Below are positions 37,087 to 46,253 of a stretch of DNA of 57,989 bases, piece after piece. The DNA comes from a virus (lineage: Duplodnaviria; Caudoviricetes), in IMG/VR virus record IMGVR_UViG_3300012922_000008, positions 1 to 57,989 of that record; one strand, given 5' to 3'. The notes beneath the pieces are model-generated. The model ran no database searches and was not told the DNA's origin. It was given only the letters and a program-made list of their open reading frames with translations. Every line of letters begins with the position of its first letter. Position 1 is the first letter of the stretch. The translations under genes and the position numbers were made by a program.

Positions 37087-37345
37087 GAGCTTGCATCTTT
37101 GCGTTCATAACTTTCTTTTGAGCATCCAGCTTCAAGAAAGCTTCCTTAACCTCTCGGTCAATATGTTCTTCAACAGTCTCAAGCTCCCCCGCCTCAAATG
37201 CATCATACTGATGCTCAATACCGTCACGGGACAACTTTGCGCGATGAACTTCAAACTTCCCATCATCAAACTGTTTTCCAGTAAGGTAAACATACTCACC
37301 TGTAACCTTCACGCTAACAATTTCACCAGCTTTTAAAGTGCTCAC
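37034..37345 (-). CDS. Hypothetical protein
   Basis: Overlaps the polymerase stop (GTGA coupling). Confidence 0.6.
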   Translation of the reverse strand: MSTLKAGEIVSVKVTGEYVYLTGKQFDDGKFEVHRAKLSRDGIEHQYDAFEAGELETVEEHIDREVKEAFLKLDAQKKVMNAKMQALENQPVEPGEKIDFNVN

Positions 37346-39810
37346 TTTTGCTCTCTGATTTCCGCCCAGGAAGCTCCTGGTGCTCCAATTTTAAATGCAA
37401 TCTTAAACTGAAATCCGCCTAACTGCGGCCACTGCTGCGTCATAGCCTTGGTAAGTTGTTCTTTACATTCTTCTACGAGATGATAAGGTGACGCCACAAG
37501 TAAGCTATCATGCACTTGAACGTTAAGAGTGGCGGGTCTTGGTAATGGCGCGAGAACACACGATACTTTAAGAACATTTTCTTCACTCCATCCAATCCTT
37601 TCGTACATCAAAGCAATCATAGAGCGAATACAGATGTCTGCTCCTGTGCCTTGAAGGATAAACCGCAAACCTTCAGTGTAAGCTTTCTGACTCCACAACC
37701 AACGCTTACGGCTGAATGGATTTCTTAATACTCCATCCTTAATACCTTGATTACCAGTTCTCTCTTGCCACTGAACTGATTTCCAGTTCAGCTTCTTCCA
37801 CATTAGAAGCAAGTCCCTACAATCCTTCTCAGGAACATTGTACTTCATCGCCATCATCTTAGGACCCATACCAGCATCAGCACCGTGGTTCGTATGCTTG
37901 GCCCTATCATACTGCCAACCAGCTTTATCAATCTCGGCTATTGGGATTCCGTAGATTTGATTGGCTAGCCACTTGTGTTCATTGAACCCCGGCTCATTCA
38001 TTCTCCTCAAACGGTCTTCATCATTTGCAAAATAAGCAGCGAGTGTATTTTCCAACGAACTAAAATCAGCTTCAATCCAACACCAGTCAGGATGGTTTGG
38101 GACATAAATATGCTTGGCCTTAGGTGTAATATTCTGCATATTCGGTTCACTAGACGATAACCGCCCAGTAGAAGTGCCGTGCGGAAGAAAGTTCGCATGA
38201 GTCATTCCTTGAGAAATAGAATGAGAATCATCGTCTTGAAGGAAGCCGCTTATAATAGTAGAGAGTGAATTAACTTTACGAAGGATGTCTAAATCAGGAT
38301 TCTTAGTCTTACGAAAGAGACGCTCTAGCGCGTCTTTGTCCGTCGTGAGCTTCTTCGTTTTGGGGTGGAACTGTTCGGGGAGCTGTAATGTGCCGTACAA
38401 ATAGTCAGCAACAACTTTCGGAGAACTCCAGGGGGTAACTCGTTCCACTCCTGGCACGTGTATGTACTTAACAGGCTTTCCACTTTTGCCAAGAGTTCCC
38501 TTTGGCGCAAGTTCACGTACACGGATGGGTTTGTCATATGGCTTCAACTCCTGAGGTAACTTCTCTTCTAGTTCCTTCAACTCTGCTAAGTATTGAATGC
38601 GAAGCTGCTTCAATCTCGCGGGGTCTGTCTTTACACCTACATCGTGCATAAGTTTGCACACTTTTGCCAAAGGGACCTGTGAGTATTTGTATAAATCTTC
38701 CATACCTAATTGCTTGACAAGTGGCCGTAGCTGGAGGTATGACTGGAGTGTAACATCCACATCCCTTGCACAATACAACGCCATATTTTCGTTGTTCAGA
38801 TGTTTCCATGCTGGTTTTTGAGTGAAGATACTAGAGATAAATTCAAGGTCATGCGGACAATCTGGTTGTACCAGATGATGAAGCAACATGATATCCCAGA
38901 GTTGCTTTAAATTATCAAACCTAACTTCATTTCTTTCTAGGAAAGGTATGTCAAATGAGATGTGGTTCTGTCCAACCAGCTCCTCTGCGGTCTTAAATAC
39001 CGCCATAAGAGCGCCAATATAGTTCCCACTCCAAGGGACAACAGTAACATAATAAGGCTTAACAGCAAGCCCGACCATAGTAATTTTATTAGTACGTCGG
39101 TCAGTTTCAATGTCGAAACACAAGACTTTTGCGTTGCAGAAACTAAGCACGTCGTCCACTGTGGGTTGGAGCTGATAATGTTCAGGTGGTACATCTAAGC
39201 CCTTTTTCAAATCAGAGATAGTGGCGGGAATCATTGACTGGTCCCGCATAAGATAACTAGGATGAAGAATCCCAATAACCTTAGGCTTATCTTCTCCGTG
39301 TACTGGAAGTGGAGAACCTCTCCACTTCATTATTCCATCTGTCTTACCAGTAAGTTTTCGTAAAGCTTTATCTCCAATAGCGTCGATACGAGTCCAGGGG
39401 CGGCTATCAAGGAGCGGCTTAACGTGGTTTCTATAGCATTGCTCCACCGCAACCTTCGCATCCGGCTCCGAGATATACTTTCTAGCAGCAGGGTCCGTCG
39501 GGTACAAATTGGCAGGCGGCCTACAATTAATTGTATTGATGATAGTGAGTGACTCACGCTTAATTCCTGCTTTACCCCACAACATGTTCATTACACGACC
39601 AGAGCCTCCAACAAGAGGCTGGCCTTGAGCTGCTTCTTCACGGCCCGGCGCTTCAGCCAAAGCTAATCTAAGTGATGGACCCACTTGTGGTGGGACTAAA
39701 TTCTGCTCCCATCCCTTATGATGTACTTCAACTCCATCTTCATCATACTTAAAATCAACTTTAAGCATGGGACAGCCAGCACATCTATTATCATCAACAC
39801 ACTTAGTCAC
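37342..39810 (-). CDS. polA: Family A DNA polymerase with N-terminal uracil-DNA-glycosylase-like domain and 3'-5' exonuclease
   Basis: UDG family-4 motifs AEAPG..E..G.PLVG.SG, CRPP, HPS; exonuclease FDIET, N..FD, YCARD; polymerase TGRLSS.PNMQN, ADFSSLE, QGTGAD, QVHDS. Confidence 0.95.
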   Translation of the reverse strand: MTKCVDDNRCAGCPMLKVDFKYDEDGVEVHHKGWEQNLVPPQVGPSLRLALAEAPGREEAAQGQPLVGGSGRVMNMLWGKAGIKRESLTIINTINCRPPANLYPTDPAARKYISEPDAKVAVEQCYRNHVKPLLDSRPWTRIDAIGDKALRKLTGKTDGIMKWRGSPLPVHGEDKPKVIGILHPSYLMRDQSMIPATISDLKKGLDVPPEHYQLQPTVDDVLSFCNAKVLCFDIETDRRTNKITMVGLAVKPYYVTVVPWSGNYIGALMAVFKTAEELVGQNHISFDIPFLERNEVRFDNLKQLWDIMLLHHLVQPDCPHDLEFISSIFTQKPAWKHLNNENMALYCARDVDVTLQSYLQLRPLVKQLGMEDLYKYSQVPLAKVCKLMHDVGVKTDPARLKQLRIQYLAELKELEEKLPQELKPYDKPIRVRELAPKGTLGKSGKPVKYIHVPGVERVTPWSSPKVVADYLYGTLQLPEQFHPKTKKLTTDKDALERLFRKTKNPDLDILRKVNSLSTIISGFLQDDDSHSISQGMTHANFLPHGTSTGRLSSSEPNMQNITPKAKHIYVPNHPDWCWIEADFSSLENTLAAYFANDEDRLRRMNEPGFNEHKWLANQIYGIPIAEIDKAGWQYDRAKHTNHGADAGMGPKMMAMKYNVPEKDCRDLLLMWKKLNWKSVQWQERTGNQGIKDGVLRNPFSRKRWLWSQKAYTEGLRFILQGTGADICIRSMIALMYERIGWSEENVLKVSCVLAPLPRPATLNVQVHDSLLVASPYHLVEECKEQLTKAMTQQWPQLGGFQFKIAFKIGAPGASWAEIREQK

Positions 39811-39964
39811 TTATACCCACCCTCACTAATTTCGTCTAATAAAAGTAATGTTGCGGTGATTACGGCGGCTAGTATCAGAATGGCTTGTATCATTTTTCCA
39901 GAGTGTTAACCAAAGGGCAATGGGCGGAGTTATGAGTGCAGCTAAAAACATCGCAGCTATAATA

Positions 39965-40090
39965 TCACTTAATACTAAGTCGAGCATACATTGAGAGACC
40001 GAGAATAGTTGAGAGAATTAGAAAGGTGATGAAGGACTTGACTACTGTCCAAGGTGCGTAGTTAGATTTAGGATATTTACCACCAGTCAA
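39965..40090 (-). CDS. Small membrane peptide (41 aa)
   Basis: AGGAGG RBS before TTG at 40090; hydrophobic C-terminal half; replaces the longer 40285 start, which runs through structured sequence. Confidence 0.55.
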   Translation of the reverse strand: MTGGKYPKSNYAPWTVVKSFITFLILSTILGLSMYARLSIK

Positions 40091-40104
40091 AGGGTCCTCC
40101 TGAC

Positions 40105-40295
40105 AAAAAGTAAAGGCCAGCTCACGCCGTGAGGGAGCAAGCTGGCCGTTGGTTGTTGTGTGGTTGTTAATGGAAGATGGAAAGGACGGGTATTCGCCCC
40201 CTATATTCCCCGCCGATGGACGCCCAAGGTACGCCTTGGCGACACCTCTAAAGGTTTGAGGGAGCCCTCCAAGCAGCCCCTCCACGGGACTAACG
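40105..40295 (-). ncRNA. Candidate ~190-nt structured small RNA ending in an intrinsic terminator
   Basis: GC-rich intergenic block; CCAAGG/CCTTGG stem (40224-40239); GGCCAGCT/AGCTGGCC stem (40115-40147) followed by a U tract on the - strand. Confidence 0.5.
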
Positions 40296-40299
40296 CTTG

Positions 40300-40449
40300 T
40301 TAGGAAGATTGTTTCTTGTGGAACAAGGATAGAAGCTTATCCTTGATTGTATCGTAGAGATTATAAGAGGCATAATACTCAGCAATACTTGTAAGGAGTC
40401 CACCCGTAAAGAGTATTCCAACTAATTTAGCTATTTGAAGGAAACGCAT
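40300..40449 (-). CDS. Small hydrophobic protein (49 aa, not in ORF track)
   Basis: TAATG-coupled to the SSB-like gene; MRFLQIAKLVGILFTGGLLTSIAEYY... Confidence 0.55.
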   Translation of the reverse strand: MRFLQIAKLVGILFTGGLLTSIAEYYASYNLYDTIKDKLLSLFHKKQSS

Positions 40450-40913
40450 TAAGCCGCAGCTTCCACAGAGAAGATATTGAAACGCGGGTCTCCTTCAACT
40501 TGATTCCCACTCTTATCCAAGTACTTATTCGCGTCAATAGATGCCCCAAACCTTGCAGCACCATTTACACTAACTCGACGGAAGTACTCGGGGAAAGTCT
40601 CCCCAGGCAAGGAGTCAACTCCCAAAGCAATCTCAAGCTTCTTCATTGCTTGAGCACTAAACGACATCGGCTTACCAGCATTCTTACCTTGCTTCTGGAT
40701 AGCCTCCGGGTCAGGATACGCCCAGAACACTCGCTTACCAGCGTGCTCGCCTTCTGCAACTGCGGCAGACAAGTTCAACTCCATCACGCCTGTATTGCGA
40801 TTCGGACGTTCATCAACATATGGAACTAACTGAAATACGTACTTTCCGACTGGCGGAATATTCTTCTCAATCTTAACTTCACTTGCTAATACAGTTTCAA
40901 AGCCCATCCACAC
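40449..40913 (-). CDS. Putative ssDNA-binding protein (DUF669-like)
   Basis: 'IPPVGKY', 'EGEHAGKRVF' OB-fold-like motifs; next to the AAA_24 gene. Confidence 0.6.
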   Translation of the reverse strand: MWMGFETVLASEVKIEKNIPPVGKYVFQLVPYVDERPNRNTGVMELNLSAAVAEGEHAGKRVFWAYPDPEAIQKQGKNAGKPMSFSAQAMKKLEIALGVDSLPGETFPEYFRRVSVNGAARFGASIDANKYLDKSGNQVEGDPRFNIFSVEAAA

Positions 40914-41114
40914 ACCTCTTTGTGTTTTATTTTTAGTTTGATTTTACTACTAGGAATTTCGAGGGATATTTCTATCCCTCTGGTTACTCTTCATTCCACT
41001 AAAAGTGGCGAAGCTTAGTTAGCCAAAATTAATTAGGGAAGTTGTCACTAAGGACCTACAGTCCTTCCACCACTGGGACTTCAGGGTCAGGAAGTTGCCC
41101 AGATATTTGTGACT

Positions 41115-41315
41115 TTACTTCCCTAAACTTGTCTTTCTTAAAATCTGACCATTAGGGCAAATACAAAAATGTGTCCGCTTCGGAAAAAAGGTTCCCTCTT
41201 TATTTGAGAACCCATTCTTTACAAAGCTACCTGAGTTGCCGCAGAGGGAACAAAGACCTTCGTGTAAGTAGTGTTTAAGCCAAAAATCAGCTACCTTATT
41301 ATTGTACTTTAGCAC
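41115..41315 (-). CDS. Small Zn-finger protein
   Basis: CSLCGNSG...CICPNG. Confidence 0.6.
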   Translation of the reverse strand: MLKYNNKVADFWLKHYLHEGLCSLCGNSGSFVKNGFSNKEGTFFPKRTHFCICPNGQILRKTSLGK

Positions 41316-42126
41316 GTTGTTCCTCTAAGAACTTATTATAAGCTTCCTTTGCTCTCGTAAGAATATCATCAAAAGTCCCAGTATTAGCTTCTAAGTCATA
41401 ATCAAGTTGTTGAGGTAAGAAGCTACCCAGTTTAGCAACGCTTAATCTATTCTTAGCTAAAAATCCCCCTCGTTCACTTGTCAGCCAATATCTTGCTGAG
41501 TACCTAGTTCTCGCGTCCTTAGGGTCGCGCAATCTTGTTTCAGTTCTACCTAAAAGAACTAGGTCAAACATTGCAGTCGAACCTAAGAACATTTGTCCAG
41601 GAAAATCTGCGCCCACTAATATTTCTGTTTGTAAAGCTTCGGGGTCAGGCTTATCAATCTTTAAGGTAGCAGTACAAACAATATGCTTTGGTTGGTCAAT
41701 AAATTTCTTAGTCAGTTTTCTTGTATACTCAGCCATTGTACCATAGTCGTCAATTTCTGGAACTCCAGCATTACGTTTAAAAGACTCACCCTTTAATCGA
41801 GGAATAGAAAGTGCTTTATCTTTAATAAAGGTTTTTGCAATATGAGATAAAGAGTCAAGAGCTAATGTTTCTTTATCTTTAAAGATTGCTCCTGAACAAA
41901 ATGAATCAAAATCTTCATATGAATTTATTTCAGCGTAGTCTAATCCATAGTGTGCAACTGAAAGCAGGCCACGTCCATGTCCCGTCTCTGATACTCCGAT
42001 TCCAACTTTAGGACAAGTACTAAGGAAACTTGTTTTACCAAAACCTGGCATCGCAACTAAAAGTATTTTAAGAAGTAAGTTTTTAGGGTCAATTAATTCT
42101 TTTGAGTTCTTAACAAGAAGTGCCAT
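41299..42126 (-). CDS. AAA_24 (Sak4-like) ATPase
   Basis: AMPGFGKT, LALDSLS, DYG, FDLV, LAKNR. Confidence 0.85.
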   Translation of the reverse strand: MALLVKNSKELIDPKNLLLKILLVAMPGFGKTSFLSTCPKVGIGVSETGHGRGLLSVAHYGLDYAEINSYEDFDSFCSGAIFKDKETLALDSLSHIAKTFIKDKALSIPRLKGESFKRNAGVPEIDDYGTMAEYTRKLTKKFIDQPKHIVCTATLKIDKPDPEALQTEILVGADFPGQMFLGSTAMFDLVLLGRTETRLRDPKDARTRYSARYWLTSERGGFLAKNRLSVAKLGSFLPQQLDYDLEANTGTFDDILTRAKEAYNKFLEEQRAKVQ

Positions 42127-42236
42127 TCTTTAAGGTATCCCTCTGCGCGTTGCAAAATCGTAATATCTTCGTCTACTTTTCCAAGCAAATGATTACATCT
42201 TTTATCGGTACTAACGGGTATTGTTTCTTGACCCAC
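42093..42236 (-). pseudogene. Remnant C-terminus of an endonuclease VII-like gene
   Basis: GTG-initiated 47-aa frame containing CNHLLGKVDEDITILQRAEGYL. Confidence 0.45.
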
Positions 42237-42473
42237 TTAGCTTTATCCTCATCCATTGTTATACTACGGAAGAAGTCAATTTGGGTATCACGCAGCGCAT
42301 TCAAATAAGCAGGACTCACCGAGCCGGGTATAATTGTCCGCATGGACCCTCAAAATTGTGGGAAGCCGTATTCCTAGACTGACAGTTCAACAGAGCGACT
42401 TCCCCAGTGTAAGGAGCATATAAACCTTTAGGTTTCATATCGTTTCTTACAATAGACTATTCGTGGGTAGAAG

Positions 42474-42992
42474 CTAAAAACCGTAATTTAAAGCATGTAA
42501 TTTTACCTTTAGATAACGCCATTTGTCGTTCGCCCACCCCTCACGACGGTTAAAAAAGGTATCCAGTTCTAACTCACTTAACCCTTTTAACTTCATCAAA
42601 ACAAAAGACTTATCATCATCATTCAAGTATCCTACAAGCCTGTCAAGAGTCAATTTATCTGATGGACCCTTTTCTTGGTGGGGTATCGTATAATCTGGTA
42701 CTATACTTATCTCCTGTCTTTTGTTATACTTACGGTACACATCAACAATATTCCTTCGCACCACCATATTTACCCAGGTGGTAAACTGCGACCGCTCTGG
42801 TTTAAACGTTCCTAGAGCCTCCCAGACCTCAAGAATGGACTCTCCAATTGCGTCCTCTAAGTGCCTGTATGAAGACGAATTCCGGCATTCAGATTTGACT
42901 ATACTGGTTATGAAGTTAACAAGACCTGTGGAGAATTCATCCACCAGTAGAGGGTCCTTTAGGTAAGCTTCATGGAGTTCATTTAGTTTCAT
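42474..42992 (-). CDS. ECF-type sigma-70-like factor
   Basis: Region 2 'EDAIGESILEVWE....FKPERSQFTTWVNMVVRRNIVDVYRK'; divergent region 4. Confidence 0.85.
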   Translation of the reverse strand: MKLNELHEAYLKDPLLVDEFSTGLVNFITSIVKSECRNSSSYRHLEDAIGESILEVWEALGTFKPERSQFTTWVNMVVRRNIVDVYRKYNKRQEISIVPDYTIPHQEKGPSDKLTLDRLVGYLNDDDKSFVLMKLKGLSELELDTFFNRREGWANDKWRYLKVKLHALNYGF

Positions 42993-43102
42993 AACATTTT
43001 AATTGTTTTAATAGCTCTTGAACCCTACAAAAAGGACAATGCTTTAGCGTACATACATAATCCGATTCTAAATGTTGTGACCAAACTATAGAAAGAATGT
43101 CG

Positions 43103-43279
43103 TCAATCTTCGGTTTTTTCATTTGGCACGTCTCCATGAACGAAGCCTAATTCATTATCTAAATGGTTAAGCTCAGATGTAATATTCTCATCCGCATCCT
43201 TTAGATATTCAAGGAAAGCTTGACGTTCTTGTTTGGATAAGTTACGGAGAAATGCTAGTGTTTCTGGTTTGAGTTTCAT
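43103..43279 (-). CDS. Hypothetical protein (58 aa, not in ORF track)
   Basis: AGGAG RBS, ATG; MKLKPETLAFLRNLSKQERQAFLEYL... Confidence 0.55.
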   Translation of the reverse strand: MKLKPETLAFLRNLSKQERQAFLEYLKDADENITSELNHLDNELGFVHGDVPNEKTED

Positions 43280-43312
43280 GGTTGACTCCTGTGGAAATTT
43301 AAAAAGGTAGGT

Positions 43313-43495
43313 TTATTCTGCTTCAGTTTCCCAAAATCTAACGTGTTTGTGAGCGCCCCAATCGATTTCCTTTTGGGGATACCCATCACGTAAGAGAGTT
43401 TGTTCAATAGACTCGTTCTCTAGGGGGAGATATTGTTTTGGAAATCCATATCGCCAACCGGAGGGAGGGTCATATATCCTTATTCTTGACATCAA
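43313..43495 (-). CDS. Small phage hypothetical protein
   Basis: DPPSGWRYGFPK motif; coupled to the upstream gene. Confidence 0.65.
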   Translation of the reverse strand: MMSRIRIYDPPSGWRYGFPKQYLPLENESIEQTLLRDGYPQKEIDWGAHKHVRFWETEAE

Positions 43496-44031
43496 TCCCC
43501 CAATCCTGTAGCTAGGTACTTTTTTGGATGTGAAACAAACTTATCGAACTCAACTGGCATGTAATCTGTGTACTCAACTGCAAATAACCTCTGCCAAGGT
43601 TGGTGTAGTTTCTTTTCTGGAAGTCCATCTTCGGGCTTAAACCCATGCCAGATGTTATGAAGGTGTCCATGTATGTTAAGGTCACAACCTCCGGCTCGAC
43701 TAGTATCTGGCCTATGAGTAAGCCAACAATTACGGAACTTCAATCCATCACAAGCAAAGTTAAACCCATGCTCCATCCACCAAGTACAGCTCCGCTGGTC
43801 ATCATGGTTCCCACGAATAAGAATTTTATTCCCTGGTAGAGAAGGAACAATCCACTCCCAATCCTTCATTGAACCAATAGCTACGTCTCCTAAATGAATG
43901 ATTGTATCTTCAGGTCGAACAACGTGATTCCAATTGCGGATAAGTAACTCTGTAAAGTTACTTGGCCTATCGCAATAGGTTTTCATGTTTTCGTGCTTGA
44001 AGTGGGTGTCAGCTACTAGATAGACGTTCAT
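43492..44031 (-). CDS. Metallophosphoesterase
   Basis: ADTHF, HLGD, RGNHD, THRP, HGHLH. Confidence 0.9.
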   Translation of the reverse strand: MNVYLVADTHFKHENMKTYCDRPSNFTELLIRNWNHVVRPEDTIIHLGDVAIGSMKDWEWIVPSLPGNKILIRGNHDDQRSCTWWMEHGFNFACDGLKFRNCWLTHRPDTSRAGGCDLNIHGHLHNIWHGFKPEDGLPEKKLHQPWQRLFAVEYTDYMPVEFDKFVSHPKKYLATGLGD

Positions 44032-44438
44032 TTAAGGCCCCGCTCTCGTCCTCTACGAGTAACACAAGCTTTACATCTCCATGAACCGTTCGAGAAGTAA
44101 TACAAATTGCCAGCCATTAATTTATGTCCCCGTTTACAATGAGACCATCTTGCTTGTTTTCTATTATTGTTTGCTTGCTGTTTTCGTGTAGACCATTTAC
44201 AATTGCTTGGTTTGTAATCTCCATTGTTATTAACTCTATCTAAGGTTTTATGGGGTGGACGAATACCCATGTCCTTTAAGAAATTAATAAAGTCGTCCCA
44301 ACGTTTACAAACCTTAATACCCCGTCCTCCATAATAATGATAGTTGTCGTCTGTTTTAGTTCGACAACGGCGTTTCATTGTATGCCAGGAATTATAAGTT
44401 CTGGAATGTTTATTATGTCTAGCATGTCCATGAGTCAT
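44028..44438 (-). CDS. HNH homing-endonuclease-like protein
   Basis: YGGRGIKVCKRW, TLDRVNNNGDYKPSNCKW; C-terminal HCKRGH...CKAC. Confidence 0.88.
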   Translation of the reverse strand: MTHGHARHNKHSRTYNSWHTMKRRCRTKTDDNYHYYGGRGIKVCKRWDDFINFLKDMGIRPPHKTLDRVNNNGDYKPSNCKWSTRKQQANNNRKQARWSHCKRGHKLMAGNLYYFSNGSWRCKACVTRRGRERGLK

Positions 44439-45349
44439 TGAATTATTGGTAGTCCTTCTAAATGTAGATATTCCTTTTTTGGCCTGTATTTATATTTCAG
44501 AATTTCATCTACATTTTCTCCATAACGGTGAATTAAGTAGAACGGACAATATCCGTAGGTATAGCATTGGTCCCTATTCGCGGGCCATTCTGTATCTCCA
44601 AATATCCTCTTGTACCTCTCAATCTCGTCTGCAACGACAACAATATCTCTAATTGCAATGTCAATAGCTCTCTGATTCCGTTCAAGTTTTTGTCGTTCGG
44701 CAGGGAAGCTAGGACCGACTTGACCCTTCTCACTTTGTCTTGTAAGGACATTAACATAGAAGTTTCCTATTGGCTCCTTATAAATGCGTTCCGCAGCCCA
44801 CAAATATAATGATGCTTGGTCGCGGGCACCCCATTTTTGAGGTAAGTTCGACTTAGCACCGCGTTTCTCTGTCTTATGGTCCCAAATATCCAGTTTACCT
44901 TCTTCGTTACGGATTACTAGGTCTATTTTACCGATAAGGACGTGATAGTCAGGACACCAGTTATCACAGTCCTTACAATAGTAGTCCCCGTCGGCATTTG
45001 GACCTTGCGGGAGTTGATAACAACGGTCACACAGTCGAGGTAAAGCAACCTTAAACGTCCTCTCTACATCCACAATATCCAATACCGCCTCAGGATACCT
45101 GGCCTGGTAAGCCTGCATCATTATTTCAGCTTCAGTTTCAAGTATTTCATTAGGGTGGTTCGGGTACTTGAGGATACCTTTATAATACTCCTCAAGCCTC
45201 TCATGTACTCGTCCACCGTAGTCGAGGGAAGAGTATCCCTCCCCTTCCAATACAAGCGGCTCAATACCTGTTCCATTTCGCTCATTTTGCTCATAGTACT
45301 TCCAAGGACATTCCCGAAATTGAGAAGCTTTACTATTGTCGATTTCCAT
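44435..45349 (-). CDS. PD-(D/E)XK Cas4-like exonuclease
   Basis: N-terminal CP, GKIDL, DHKT, QxxLY, C-terminal C....CPF; extra internal Zn ribbon. Confidence 0.88.
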   Translation of the reverse strand: MEIDNSKASQFRECPWKYYEQNERNGTGIEPLVLEGEGYSSLDYGGRVHERLEEYYKGILKYPNHPNEILETEAEIMMQAYQARYPEAVLDIVDVERTFKVALPRLCDRCYQLPQGPNADGDYYCKDCDNWCPDYHVLIGKIDLVIRNEEGKLDIWDHKTEKRGAKSNLPQKWGARDQASLYLWAAERIYKEPIGNFYVNVLTRQSEKGQVGPSFPAERQKLERNQRAIDIAIRDIVVVADEIERYKRIFGDTEWPANRDQCYTYGYCPFYLIHRYGENVDEILKYKYRPKKEYLHLEGLPIIQ

Positions 45350-45351
45350 TT

Positions 45352-45609
45352 TTAACCTTTAACATTAATTATATTACACCGTGTAATTGAGGACCATGGA
45401 ATTGATAAAGGATTAAGCCGTGCTCCTTCATCGCCAATTGAATTCGACACTTCTAAAATCCTTCTATTAGAAAAAGTAACATACCCAACTGTTACTACAG
45501 AGGGTATACTAGCAGTTACCCTGTTTTTATTATTCCACCCTGGAGAATAGTTGGAATCGGACCAGGTTATATCAACTAAATCATGTTCAGCTAACGGCAA
45601 GGCTTTCAT
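45352..45609 (-). CDS. Hypothetical phage protein
   Basis: 'ITWSDS...TVGY...IP' pattern; GAGGAG RBS. Confidence 0.6.
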   Translation of the reverse strand: MKALPLAEHDLVDITWSDSNYSPGWNNKNRVTASIPSVVTVGYVTFSNRRILEVSNSIGDEGARLNPLSIPWSSITRCNIINVKG

Positions 45610-45629
45610 TCAGGACTCCTCAGCAGATT

Positions 45630-46253
45630 TTACGGCTTATATACAAATCCATTCTTCTTTGGAGCTTCAGGCGTTTCCCAAAAAGCCCTATCTCCTTTAT
45701 ATCCAGGCCACTTATCAGGCTCCCAACCATTACAAAAGTACCTAGCAACATCACTCTTAAAGACTAGATAGTACCTATAATACCTCATCTTCGCAATTTC
45801 TTCTTTAGTCCTCTTACGGTCAATACGAAGTAGAGTGAGATAGCGTTCTGGATAGCTACGCTTATCTATATTCACAATCCAATCTTTATCTAACTTATCC
45901 CACAAGCCCATTGAGCATGAGCCGCTTAAAGAGTGGTGACAAGTATAAGTTGATTGCTTTCTAGTTTGTTTATCATTAGGGTTTGACACATTATTTGGGA
46001 ATATCTTATAGAATAGATTAACTCCACTATCCCCACTATGAGAATCGTGCCAATCCAGTGTCTTCTTTGCAATCTTCCAGCCTGCGGCTAAAAGTAACCC
46101 AGGTGTTTCATAAGAGTCCTTCGCGTCAGTAAAAGCTATCCTTGTTTTAATCAAAGCTTCTTGCGCTTTAATTGCCTCTTTAAAAGTTTGGCCTGCATAT
46201 GACCGAAGATGATTAATCTCCGTTAAATCATTATAATGCTGAACCAACTGCAT
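45630..46253 (-). CDS. Hypothetical protein
   Basis: 207 aa, AAGGA RBS, overlaps the upstream ligase gene. Confidence 0.6.
   Translation of the reverse strand: MQLVQHYNDLTEINHLRSYAGQTFKEAIKAQEALIKTRIAFTDAKDSYETPGLLLAAGWKIAKKTLDWHDSHSGDSGVNLFYKIFPNNVSNPNDKQTRKQSTYTCHHSLSGSCSMGLWDKLDKDWIVNIDKRSYPERYLTLLRIDRKRTKEEIAKMRYYRYYLVFKSDVARYFCNGWEPDKWPGYKGDRAFWETPEAPKKNGFVYKP

Noticed and set aside
39965-40285. Full 106-aa ORF as given in the track
   Set aside because: The 5' part crosses hairpins and a terminator; a strong RBS supports the TTG at 40090 instead
40955-40990. Hammerhead ribozyme (stem followed by GAAA on the - strand)
   Set aside because: The CUGANGA core is absent before the stem
44435-45349. 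Cas4 as part of a CRISPR-Cas system
   Set aside because: No array or other cas genes; stand-alone Cas4-like nucleases next to Sak4/SSB genes are ordinary phage recombination genes
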